The position numbers were made by a program, and so were the translations under genes. The notes below the pieces were generated by a model that saw only the letters and a program-made list of their open reading frames with translations, was not told where the DNA came from and searched no databases. A DNA stretch of 64,000 bases, taken from the NCBI GenBank assembly GCA_034780895.1, contig JAUZTB010000087.1:38946026-39010025 (forward strand), read 5' to 3'. Of the stretch, positions 1 through 11,785 are shown one piece after another. Positions within the stretch are counted from its first letter, which is position 1. Every line of letters begins with the position of its first letter. The DNA comes from Rhynchobatus australiae (lineage: Eukaryota).

Positions 1-382
1 GCCTTCTCCACCGTTCAATAAGATCATGGCTGATCTGGCCGTGGACCCAGATCCACCTACCTACCTTTTCCCATAACCCCATAACTCGCTGAAATTCAGA
101 AGAACGAGAGGGTATCTTATAGAAATGTATAAAATTATGAAAGGGATAGATAAGATAGAGGCTGGGAAGTTGTTTCCACTGGTAGGTGAGACTAGAACTA
201 GGGGACATAGCCTCAAGGTTCGGGAGAATAGAATTAGGATGAAAATGAGGAGAAACTGCTTTTCCCCAGAGAGTAGTGAATTTGTGGAATTCTCCACCCA
301 AGGAAGCAGTAGAGGCTGCCTCATTAAATATATTTAAGACACAGTTAGATAGATTTTTGCATAGTAGGGCAATTAAGGGTTA
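1..382. mobile_element. CR1-type LINE 3' fragment with internal inversion
   Basis: 86-382 (+) encodes the ORF2 C-terminus (YKIMKGIDK...TRGHSLK). 1-84 is the following 3' UTR on the minus strand. Confidence 0.85.
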
Positions 383-1401
383 CTAATCATACCTCTTTTT
401 TGATATATAATTCTGCAGTGTAGTTCTCCTTTTAAAAAACCTCTTTTTTACATATCAAAGCCCTGAACAATCATTGTAGGCATTATAAAGGTGGATGTAC
501 ATTGGAGAGTCTGTCCAACTATTCCAAGTAATGAGTATCTTTAAGTTCAGGTGGATTACCCTACCATTAACTACCATCTGGGGCATTACCTTGGAAAACT
601 CATTGTTCCTGGCCACCTGAGCAGAACTGAAGAGTTGTAAGAAAAAAATTGGTAATTATTTTGAAAAGCTGTAAGATTTGTTGTAGTGAGTTGGGCAGCC
701 CTAGATATTCCTTTATCAAAATCATCACAGGTACATGTCTAGATCATACAGATGGTCTATAGCGTCTAGAGTCACTTCGGATGCAAATGCTAAGAATTCC
801 TACTGCCCACATTTGTTTATGTTTGAGGAAACGTATTCTACAAGTGGATTGGCAATTCCAATGAATGCAAAAAGCCAAACTAACACCTCCCCAGTTTCTG
901 CTCTGTTGACACCAAGTACAACGTTGCTAGGCCACAGGTTAGAGAAACGTGGTTTGCATTAGTGGTGTGCATTGGTGAATAGGAGAATGATAGGTTGGAG
1001 AGATGTATTTTTTCTGTTGATGTTATAGTTTTCAAGCTATATGGAGGACAGCAATACTTAACTATGATAGAGCTGGCTCACTAGCCAGACTGGAAAGCTC
1101 TGTAACATAAATAGAGGTCAAGAGGTCAGAGAGGTTTCAATGTAGGCCAGAAAGCCTAGAATAGGAACAACTGGAGCCTGAGAAGAGATTGCTCAAATAA
1201 CATAGCTTAGCGCCTCAGATTTCAAGGAGTTATTGCATTCCCCAGCACAGCATTATCTTTGGAGGACACTTAAATAATAAAAGTTTAATGAAAAATTTCT
1301 CCAAGGCTGTTAAGATTGTAAGCTTTGGCTGTGTGTTGGACAATTATGGTTGCATGGAAACATGTCAAGATGAATTTTATCACACTCCTTTGTTTTTACA
1401 G

Positions 1402-1476
1402 CACAGGCGTGCTTCGGAAGCCTCAATCTCTCCTCCTGGATCCAGCATTTCAGGATCTCCTAATCGAGTCATCTGT
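1402..1476 (+). CDS. ABLIM3: ABLIM3 internal coding exon (HRRASEASISPPGSSISGSPNRVIC), phase 0-0
   Basis: Acceptor tttttacag and donor gtgagt; 75 nt. The peptide matches recalled human ABLIM3 HRRTSETSISPPGSSIGSPNRVIC, just after the LIM domains. Confidence 0.93.
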
Positions 1477-2165
1477 GTGAGTACCTTCTGCAGCCTGGAA
1501 CTACCGCTGACTGTGCACAGAGGAAACTCATAAAAACCTTAGGGAAATAGCAGTGGAATCTACTTAAGATCAGTTTTATAAAATTAAATCCTACTTTTCC
1601 AAACAGGCTCAATAGGAAGAGTCTGAGGATGTCATCTCAACATCGATAACCACTCCTTGCCTCCCCCAAAAGTCAGATCAACTTGCTCCATATACATGCA
1701 TCTAAACAACTGTACTTAATAAGACCGGGCTCATTAGTAAGGAAAGGTTTGATGCTCAAAGCAACTTAAATAAACCGACTTGGACACAGCTTCTTAACTC
1801 TCTGTCACGCTTGCTAATATAACAGATGTAAGCTTCCTACCCTTCTCTCCTTCATTGCTGTCAACATGAGTTCTNNNNNNNNNNGTTACTCCAGTCATTA
1901 ATAGTCCAATTCTTTTCAGCAGATGGAGAAGCTTTGGAAGGAAAATCAATTTAAGCTGTCACAAACTTCCCTGTGGCAAAACCAAGCTTTAAAAATAAAC
2001 TCTAATTTGCAAAATGGGCTGCTAAGAGTTGTTAAATAAATGGGATCTTTCTGCCAGTCTCTACTTGCAGATTATTTGAAGACGTAGGATTTATATAAAC
2101 TCATTTAAAACAATATCTGCTCCCCTAAACCTCATACAAATTATTTCATATTTTACATTGTTTCT

Positions 2166-2455
2166 CACAACATAGGAGGAGGCCATTTGGCCCATGGAGT
2201 CCATGCTTGCTCTCCGAGCATTCCCATCAGTTCCATTCCTTCATTTAACTCCCTGTAATCAATCACATGCCCATCAGTTACCCCTCTCCCCGATTCTGCT
2301 TCCACCCACCCACACGGGATAATTTACAGAGGTCGTTTACCTTATCAGCATATCTTTGGCACATGAGGGAAGACTGGAGCACCCTGGAGAATGTTTAAGC
2401 TCTTCATAAACAATATCCAAGGTCAGGATCGAACCTCGATCATTGCAGCTGTAAG
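2166..2455 (-). mobile_element. tRNA-derived V-SINE with CR1-like tail (decayed)
   Basis: Tail (aggccatttggcccat), V-domain-like gactggagcaccctggaga, B-box region ggatcgaacc. Confidence 0.7.
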
Positions 2456-3748
2456 ATTCATTTGTAGGACAAGCAAAGTATATGCAAAGCATGGCCTGAA
2501 AGCTGGTCCTGAAATCTGTGAGGCAGAGTGGTTTGAAATATAAATCTTTCTCAGGAGTTCAAAGAACATTTGGAAAACAATGATGAGACCTGGAACATAA
2601 ACTATTGCAATGTTCGTTCATTTTCCACATCCAGTTTTATTGTAAACAGCCCAATGGAAATCTATCAACATCTGCCGGTGCAGCTTATTAACAAAGTGAC
2701 CTTATAAACATTAAGAGGATCAAATTGGCTCATAACGTTCTGATGTTATCATACACATTTCCAGGAACACGTCAGAAATCTAAGCAATGTAGTTGGGACT
2801 CGTATCCTGTGTTATGAAAGAGGCAAAAAGGTCAATTTTGCAGGGCTATACTTTGGGCCCAAAAGATGCACAACCTCAATGCTGCTTCAGATGAGTTTCC
2901 AAGTGTCAATGACAGGTAACTAAAACAAGTATTTAGGCTCTAAGTGTGCTAATTAAAGGCCTAAATGGCCTTTTTAGTACCCATTCTGGAAATTTGTAGG
3001 TGGTGAGGTGAACAAAATAAGTGAAAGAGTTGCTCCATTCAGCATCAGTCTATATGAAATCTATCCAGTGCACTATAATGCCTCGAGATATCCATTGCTG
3101 TGCTCTTGAGGCCAACTCAGCCTCATAGCCACAGCAGTGATCTGTAGGTTTATGATCTTGTTGCTAGTGTGAAAGTAGTATTTACAGAGGTCTTTCCTTA
3201 ATGCTGACATTGAAAGGAGCTTCTGAGGGAAACTTCTCTCTTCAGAGTCTGTTGTCCTTTATAACATCTGTGACCAATTTCATTGAAATATTATGGCAGA
3301 ATGTCAAATGCAGTTTTATTATGCAGGATTTAAGTGCTTCTAAGATCACATTCTGCAATTTCACTAATTTACAATTACATAATTATCATTGTATTTCCCA
3401 TGGTATAGAAAAGGTATCACAATTATAGGTAACTTTTCTCCAGAAGGGTTAATTACTCAGTACTAATTCCTTTGCTTAACAAGATGTCGTAATGTCTCTT
3501 TAACCTTGGGAGTTAGTACACTGAGACATTGTCACCCTAACAAATTTCTTCATTCTCTTTGTTCTGTAATTAAAATCTAACACTCCTATCTTTGCATAAA
3601 GCAGAATTTAATATTTGTATGTTTCAGGAACTAATGACTTTAACTCAGGAATCGATAGTTTGAAATGTTTCCTTTCAAATGTCTGTATCATTGTATCTAA
3701 CAGCTTCTGATTCCTTCTTTTGTCCTCTTTCCACTATCCTCATCTCAG

Positions 3749-3904
3749 GCAAAGGTGGATAATGAAATACTTGACTATAGGGATCTGGCCGCTCTTCCCA
3801 AAGTTAAAACTATCTATGATGTTCAGCGTCCTGATCTGGTTTCCTATGAACAATATCAAAAATCTGCATCAGAAGACAGACTTGAAAGACACAGTTTCGG
3901 GGAG
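3749..3904 (+). CDS. ABLIM3: ABLIM3 exon (AKVDNEILDYRDLAALPKVKTIYDVQRPDLVSYEQYQKSASEDRLERHSFGE), phase 0-0
   Basis: Pyrimidine tract plus cag acceptor, donor gtactg; 156 nt. Contains the ABLIM/dematin motif DY(K/R)DLAALPKVK.IY.V.RPDL. Confidence 0.95.
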
Positions 3905-5061
3905 GTACTGTGCAACTAAGCAATTTTTTGTTCGCATGAAATGGTCATTCCTCCCCACCATTTAAAGACGTTTTGATCTAAACATTACAGAATTTAAGTG
4001 TATGACGTGCTCTCATTGTGTTCCCATTTACCCTGATGTGATGGGAGAAGTCGGAATGAATAATTCCTCCTCTGCATGCTTATGGCATTCTGCAGCACAT
4101 CAGTTTAAAAAAATGACACCTTAATGCAAATCTGTGCAATAGCTTGTAAATTTTAAAAACATCGATGCTAATTTCACATAAACATCATTATTCATTAAAT
4201 CTATCAAGAGAATCAAATGTTCCAGCAGGTTGAATTTGAAGCATTTTTTTAAGTCTACTTTTTATGTTTTGTCAAATTTATGAAGCATTGGTTAAGAGCT
4301 TTTTAACTATTCGTATTTTCCTTAAGAATATCTAACATCCATATGTAATATAGATTTGAGAATACATCTGATGATAGGACACTGGATAAACTTTGGTGCA
4401 AATTAAACTTTTTTTAAAAATTGCATTATGCACTTGTAGTAATAGCTAAAAATTCCATGAAACTTCACANNNNNNNNNNNNNNNNNNNNNNNNNNNNNNN
4501 NNNNNNNNNNNNNNNNNNNNNNNNNNNNNNNNNNNNNNNNNNNNNNNNNNNNNNNNNNNNNNNNNNNNNNNNNNNNNNNNNNNNNNNNNNNNNNNNNNNN
4601 NNNNNNNNNNNNNNNNNNNNNNNNNNNNNNNNNNNNNNNNNNNNNNNNNNNNNNNNNNNNNNNNNNNNNNNNNNNNNNNNNNNNNNNNNNNNNNNNNNNN
4701 NNACTCTTAACCTACATTCATTCACCTGTCATACCATAACTGATTTTCTCCCAAGATAACATTCTTTATTTTTCAGTAACCTCTTGCATGATTTCTGCTA
4801 CTTCAGCAATCTACTCATCCAAAGCAAATAATAATTATGTATAGACACTTTTGTAGTTGATGCCTCTGATCTCATGATGAGTGAAGAAATTATGTAAAAC
4901 AAATAATGTATTCAACAGCAATTAGTTATTGTACCAGGAACAAAATAATTTAGTAATCCATCACCTAACACTCAGCTGTGAAATTTGCCTTTAAGGTAAT
5001 GTCTGTAATATTTGGTTTGTTCATGCCCTAAGTGTCATCTTCTATTATTTTTCTGCTATAG

Positions 5062-5091
5062 TCTCTTGGAATGCTATCACCATACTCACAG
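5062..5091 (+). CDS. ABLIM3: ABLIM3 30-nt exon (SLGMLSPYSQ), phase 0-0
   Basis: Acceptor ttttctgctatag and donor gtaatt. Matches recalled human SLGTLSPYSQ. Confidence 0.9.
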
Positions 5092-5324
5092 GTAATTCCA
5101 ATCTTTTTGTTTGTTATAAAAATGCAATGTATTTAGAGGCTTGTGAACAGATAAGAGAGATCAGCATTATTGAGCCAGATCAGCCTTGATCCTGCCCACC
5201 ACTGTGCCACACTTGGCCTTCCTTCCTTCCCTCCCTCCCCGTCCTCAGTACTTTTCCCTTATTCACATTAACTTTTTGCAGCCTTGTCTGCCCAATCATC
5301 CTGGAAGCCTGGAGAAACAAGAGA

Positions 5325-5482
5325 CTACAACTGCTGAATTCTGGAGCAAAATAAAACAAACCACTGGGGGAACTCAGCAAGCTGAGCAGCATCTGTGGAG
5401 ACAAAGGGATAAGTCTTGATGCAGTGCCACAACCTGAAACGCTGACAATCCCTATGCCCCCACAGATGCTGCTCAAGTTCCT
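5325..5482. mobile_element. Penelope-like terminal repeat fragment in inverted-repeat arrangement with degenerate hammerhead motif
   Basis: ggaactcagc...gcagcatctgtgg family motif; perfect 15-bp inverted arms at 5384-5398 and 5460-5474. Confidence 0.6.
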
Positions 5483-5842
5483 GGAAACCTGCCCACTGCA
5501 GCCACCCCGTTCAGTAGAACATGCCACAAATACAGCTAGATCTCAGACAGCAGATTCTGAGACCCCACCCCACTTTAGAGCTCGTTGCTCTCAAAGTCCT
5601 TTGAAGAGTTTCAAGTGTCTATGATACTGAGAAACCTCTAAAAACAAATCAGGTAGAAAACAAATCAAATAAAAACAATTTTATTTCATTCAAATAAAAT
5701 TAAAAAGGAACACATTTAAATATGATCACTTTAAAACACTTTAATTAAAAGCATGAAGATAATGTGAGAAAAAAGACTTACCTGCACTGATCTTTAAATC
5801 AAGGTCAAGTAAATGAGGTTGTGGTACAGATATCCAGCATCA

Positions 5843-6130
5843 CTGGAAACACAGAAACAGGCCCTTCAGCCCAACTCATCTATGCTAACCAAGATGCTGT
5901 TCTGAGCTAGTCCCATTTGCCTGTGTTTGGTCCATATCCCTCTAAATCTTTTCCAACCACGTACCTGCCTAAATGTCTTTTAAACATTGTAATTGTACCT
6001 GCTTCGACAATTTCATCTGGCAGCTCACTCTATATATCCACCAGCCTCTGTGTGAAAATGTTTCTCCTCAAGTCCCTGTTATATCATTTCCCTTTCAGCT
6101 TAAATCTTTGTCCTTCAGTTTTAGACTCCC
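5843..6130 (-). mobile_element. CR1 LINE 3' end fragment
   Basis: gaaacaggcccttcagccca tail hairpin and ccaccagcctctgtgtgaaa, the reverse complement of the CR1 FFTQRVV region. Confidence 0.75.
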
Positions 6131-6914
6131 ATATCCTGAGTGTGAAGTGCACCTGTCCCCTGGACTTGGTGCTGAGTTCAGCTCAGACCTCCAGCTCATC
6201 TCTGATGTCTGTGATTTAGTACACAGTCGTGGAGGTTGGAGGCAGGTTGACCCANNNNNNNNNNGAACCACTAGTAAAAGACCAGTACAATGCAGGCCAA
6301 TCTGGTTTTCTCATCAAAAGGATAAGAATCTCAGAAAATTCTTAACGAATCATCTGTGACAATGTCCCATAGAGAATATTGATTAGCAAAGAGTAATTAT
6401 TGCTTCAGACTATCCATCAAAAACTATAAAAGAGCTTTTTGCTCTCATCAGTGTGCTAAGAGCCTGAAGATAGGATCTACCATCAGCTGCTGNNNNNNNN
6501 NNNNNNNNNNNNNNNNNNNNNNNNNNNNNNNNNNNNNNNNNNNNNNNNNNNNNNNNNNNNNNNNNNNNNNNNNNNNNNNNNNNNNNNNNNNNCTTCTTGT
6601 CTAAAACATTTCAAAGCGAAATGTATAAAACGAACATCCAATGAAAGAGGCAGAAGGCCAGTTTAATATGTAATTGGGGTCTTGCACTTATTGCAGAGAA
6701 GCTCACTTGGTGTGGAGAGGCCCAGCCTTTAATAAAAGGTGCCTCAATGTCACACTCATTTTAATTCTGAATCAAAAAAAAAATCTATCAGTTTCTCCAT
6801 GTGCCTGAATAATTGCTTTACTCCGAGCAAAAGTAATTGGATGCACACAACACAAGAAGATAGGTGCAGGAAAAGCCCACTCTGCCCTTCAGGATTGCTG
6901 ATCTATGCTGGTCT

Positions 6915-7235
6915 CAGTTCCTCTTCTGTGCCAGTTCCCCATAGCCCTCAATTCCTCGACCCTTCAAATACTTATCTATCTCCACCTTAAATAAATCTAA
7001 TGATCTGACCTCCACCACCCTTGGGGGCAGAGAATTCCAGAGATTCACGACTCTCTGAGAGAAGAAATTTCTGCACAGCTCAGTTGTAAATCACTGACCC
7101 CTGATTTGTAGCTATGTCTCTTTGTTCGGAACTCTCCTACACAGGAAAAATCTCAACCTCTACCCTGTGAAGCCTCCTTAGGATCTTATATGTTTGAATA
7201 AGGTCACCCTTCATTCTTCTAAATTCGAGGGAATC
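6915..7235 (-). mobile_element. CR1 LINE 3' fragment
   Basis: agagaattccagagattcacgactctctgagagaagaaatt and ataaggtcacccttcattcttctaaa are typical reverse-complement CR1 ORF2-end sequence. Confidence 0.75.
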
Positions 7236-8349
7236 CAAACCTGAAATACTGGATTTCAATGGAGAAAATTGATCAATTGAAAACTAATTAGTTGAAATGT
7301 TCCAAGCTCCAAAATGGAATCATCTTAAACATGGTTTACTAAATCTTCAACTGCAATGCCTCTGTCTCTCAGAGTACTATTTTCCCTTCTACTCTCTGTA
7401 ATGGCACAACATTTGAAAGATAGTGTGAAATGGCCATTTAGTAGCACTACTTAATTTTTAAGTGATGGCCCACAACCAATTTGTACAACAGCATGGCACA
7501 GAGTGACAGATTAAGACACTGCCGTGGGTGTCGAAGAATTTATAGCCTAAAGAATATTCAGGCATTGTCAATGCTCCATTAAGTGATTGACAGTTCCACT
7601 TTTCACGTCAAAGTATTAAAGAAGAAAATGGAGTGTTTTACTTGCGACTGAGAGTTTTTCAGCTAAAACATTCTCTAAAATTGTTTAGTGTCCAAACAAG
7701 ATTCTTTAAATACCTTTGAGCCTCAACGTTGGATAAATGTAAAGTTGCAGTCTCATTTTGTAAAGGAATTAGGTGCTGATTTTATCCAATGTTGAATCTT
7801 CAGGTCCAGTACCTCAGCTGGAGAAATAGTTCAGAACATCTGCAATTACCCCAACATCTGGCAGCCTTTCAATCACTTTTCAGATAATGAACTGCAAACC
7901 TGGAATGACACCTATTTTATCCAGCAATACAACAGCACTGGAGGGATCTTGCTGTGCCTTTTAGCAAAGAGAAAAGCATTCTGACCAGCAGGATGAAACG
8001 TTATGGCACATTTTGCAAAGCAGATGGAAGCAGTAATATTTTGCTTTTTCAAGAGCCTCACTGATCAATAGATGTTTTTGATGGAAGATGAAATGAACTG
8101 AGAAACCCATAGACAACAGCTATTTTTCCAATGCCTTTAATATTTAATCACCCTCATCCCTGTCTGTGCTCCCCAAGTATGTTTTACATGATTTGAACTT
8201 AATTATGAAATTTATAATATAATTCTAATTCCATAAGTTACAATGTATGATTGCATTTTAATTTGCTATAAAGCAAAGCTGGAGCTTTCAGGACAGCATC
8301 CTGTATATTTGAAATGCTATGATAACTTTATTATTAANNNNNNNNNNNN

Positions 8350-8890
8350 TCATTACAAGATAGAAGACCATACAGCCCATCAAGTCTGTGCAGGCTCCTG
8401 TTAACTCAATCCTGTCAGTCCCATTTCTCCCTTTCTTTCTACGTGGCACTGCACATTATTTTCCCTCAAATGCATATTCACTTCTCTTTTGAAAGCTCTG
8501 ACTGTTTCCATCACCTTCATAGTCACCAAGTTTTGGATCATAATTGCTCTCATGGTGTATAAAAGAAAATTCCCTTACATCTCCCCTGAATCTTTTGCCT
8601 AGGGCTTCATGTCTATGCCTCTTGGTCCTTGAACCATCCACTAATGGAAACAGTATCTCTATATTTACTCAATCTAAACTCCTCAGGATTTTGAACACCT
8701 CTATTTCAACTTCCTTTGTTGTAAGGAGAACAATCCCACCTCCTCCAATTGAAACTTATAGATGCACTCCCTCGTCTTTGAAATTATTCCAGTAAGTCTT
8801 TTTTGCCCCTCTCTATAGTCTGTACAGAACTGGATGTAATACTCTAATTGTAGCCTAGCCAGTGTTTTATAGAGTTTGAACATAATCTCC
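8350..8890 (-). mobile_element. CR1 LINE 3' fragment (decayed)
   Basis: Minus-strand remnants LYKTLARLQLEYYIQF and TKRHRH...RFRGDVREFSF. Confidence 0.75.
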
Positions 8891-9117
8891 TGATAATAAG
8901 AGTATGCTGCAGTATAATATCTAGGAGACTCACTGTTTGGAGTACATTAAATAATATATTAGTCTCTGATCTAACAGAAAGCAATAAGTATTTGTACAAG
9001 GTAAGGATGGACACTAATTAGATTGGTACAACATATTAGACTGATGATATTAGGTACAATTAATGCACCTTTTGTAATTCTTATGTACCATCTGTAGTCC
9101 ATTTTGCCTCTGAACCT

Positions 9118-9370
9118 CAATCACAAGATAAGGGAGCAGAAGAAGGCCATTCGGCCCATCGAGCCTGCTCCATGAAAATGGAAATAAGAGGGAGAANNNN
9201 NNNNNNNNNNNNNNNNNNNNNNNNNNNNNNNNNNNNNNNNNNNNNNNNNNNNNNNNNNNNNNNNNNNNNNNNNNNNNNNNNNNNNNNNNNNNNNNNTTTT
9301 AAATGTTTCAATGAGATCCCCTCTCATTCTTCTGTACTCCAGTGAGTACAGTCCAAGAGTCAACAAGCGC
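9118..9370 (-). mobile_element. CR1 LINE 3' fragment spanning a gap
   Basis: LGLYSLEYRRMRGDLIETFK plus the 3' UTR hairpin GGAGCAGGCTCGATGGGCCGAATGGCC. Confidence 0.85.
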
Positions 9371-10245
9371 TCACAATGTACAGGTAGGGTATTTCCACCA
9401 AAATCTCAACTAAGAAGACTGACTGGCTGCTTGGATCATCATGAGTGTTAATTTTATCTTTAGTTGTTTCCTTCTTCCTGTGAAAAGGTTTCCCAACTCT
9501 GCTGAGTGATTCCTTTGTGCTAACCAGATAAAATGAAGATATGAATCACAGATGGAACCACTTATCTTGTCACTTCAAAATACAGTGTAATTCTATTCCT
9601 TGGGGCTTGCAGTAGAACACACATCACAGGACTCAGAAGTAATATTCTGGTGCATTTTTAAATTAACAGTGCATCTGTTGTAAGTAGGAAATCTTTATTG
9701 TAACAAATAATTAGCAATGGTTCATCTTGGACAATCAGGCAGAGCTGCAAAATATTTTCTCCTGAAAATTATATTACTTTAGGTATCAGAACTGTGTGTG
9801 GCTCCATGGCAGAATGTTTCTATGGTATTAAGCACTTTAAATCAGAACTTGTCTAATAATTTTGCACATCAAAATATACCAAGATTATTGTTTTATACAT
9901 CGGTTTATCCAGCTTATTAACTTCTACAATAGTCCCAATGCAAAGATTATTACTTTACTTTTCTCATATGAACCTTAATAAATTTTGGGGAATAAAGGAT
10001 CTGCTCAAGGTAAAGCCACACAACCAAATTAATGTCACATGATCTGTTTAATGTATCTTACTTAAATGATGTGCAACTATGTGTCAGATTGACTTAGGAA
10101 AATATCTTTCAACCTATCTGAAATCCAACATCCATTTCCTTAATCACTGTACTATAAGCAGCATATGTACTGAATTGCTAACTTGTTACCAGAGGAACAA
10201 ATTGCATGGCATTACACTAATGATGTTCCTGTTGACTTTTGATAG

Positions 10246-10375
10246 GACATATATGACGGGATTGATTTAAGACAGAGGAGATCTTCTAGTCCTGGATATA
10301 TTGACTCACCCACCTACAGTCGACAGGGAATGTCTCCCACATTGCCTCGATCACCTCAACATTATCACAGACCAG
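10246..10375 (+). CDS. ABLIM3: ABLIM3 exon (DIYDGIDLRQRRSSSPGYIDSPTYSRQGMSPTLPRSPQHYHRP-G), phase 0-1
   Basis: Acceptor gatag with a cactaat branch-like site upstream, donor gtaatg; 130 nt. Near-identical to ABLIM3 DLRQRRASSPGYIDSPTYSRQGMSP. Confidence 0.95.
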
Positions 10376-11464
10376 GTAATGAATGACCTTGAACCAGTCA
10401 GTTGATCTGGTGAATTCATTTTTGGATGTGACGTTCTGAAGTGATATTCTATTATTAAAGGAAAATAAACTCAACACAAGGAACTGTTTTTGTCTCACCT
10501 GTCCTTTGATTGAACTGTACTGCAAAATTGCTTAACTGTACGGTAGGAATCTGGGTCTATCCAGATTATCTTAAGTTCAGTAATTGTGTTTTAGCATCTC
10601 GTAAGTTATATGAGATGCACACAATGTTGTCTCTTGGAGAAAGAAGTACTTGAAAATGTAGAACAAAGGAAGGTGAACCTGGGTTAATGTTTCTATGGTT
10701 AAGTATATAGATGGAAATTTATTAACTTCAGCTAAATAAGCAAATTGATCATGTAAAATATATGACATTGAACTGTGATTTCACAAAGTATTTGAAGATA
10801 AATAACCTACCCATGCAAAATTTGTCCCACAGAAAGTGAACTGTGGCATATTCCTCAAATAGGTAAAAGTGACTGTACAAGAAAATATTAAAGAAAGGCC
10901 AACCAATGTTATTGTAATTTTGTTTCTTAAAACATCCAAGCATTCCATTTTCTTGCTTGCAGACAAGAAAATAAATGTAAGCACTTAAGCATTTTTGATG
11001 TCACCGTCACTGAATATGTATGTTATGTCAGATTCAATGGGAGACTGCAGTAGGAATGTAATTTTGATGTTGTCACAGCTAGAAATCACTCATTTTGCTT
11101 CATGTTTAGTTAGGCCAAGCATTGATTCACAATGGCCATGAATATAACATTTGGATTTCAGCATCATTTTTGCATGGGGTTCTGCAGAGGATATCATGGC
11201 TGAATATGGTACGAGATATTCATTGAAACAAGCATGGAGATAGTCTGATGAAGACCCAAAGAGTATTTGAAGCAACGGTTATTTTCTCCAAGGGAAATAA
11301 CTACCAGGGAAATCTAAATTTATTTAGAATAGTTGTTGAGATGCTATCAAAGGTTTAGCAGATTGATTTTGTGAATAGCTGCACTTATAAGCCAGTAAAG
11401 TCACTGGAATGGTCCTAAGTCTGTGCTGGAGTACCTCATCTTTACAGCATTATATTTACAGCAT

Positions 11465-11785
11465 GTTGGATAGGAATATGGAGGAATGTGGGATAGAGGA
11501 ATATGTGGGAGGAAAGGGTTAGATAGTGTGAGGTGTGGTTTGATGGGCGGCACAACACGGTGGGCTGAAGGGCCTGTATTGTGNNNNNNNNNNNNNNNNN
11601 NNNNNNNNNNNNNNNNNNNNNNNNNNNNNNNNNNNNNNNNNNNNNNNNNNNNNNNNNNNNNNNNNNNNNNNNNNNNNNNNNNNTGCGGGAGGAAAGGGTT
11701 AGATAGTGTGAGGTGTGGTTTGATGGGCGGCACAACATGGTGGGCCGAAGGGCCTGTATTATGCTGTATTGTTCTATGGCTCTAT
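11465..11785 (+). mobile_element. CR1-type 3' tail, duplicated either side of a 100-N gap
   Basis: gggccgaagggcctgt...gttctatg terminal motif; 11508-11580 is repeated at 11688-11760. Confidence 0.75.

Noticed and set aside
125-337. 70-aa ORF MYKIMKGIDK..., and similar ORFs at 35117 and 48940
   Set aside because: These are CR1 ORF2 C-terminal remnants, not host genes.
11244-11262. CTGATGA hammerhead-like heptamer (also at 31987 and 63254)
   Set aside because: No stem II followed by GAAA and NUH at suitable spacing.
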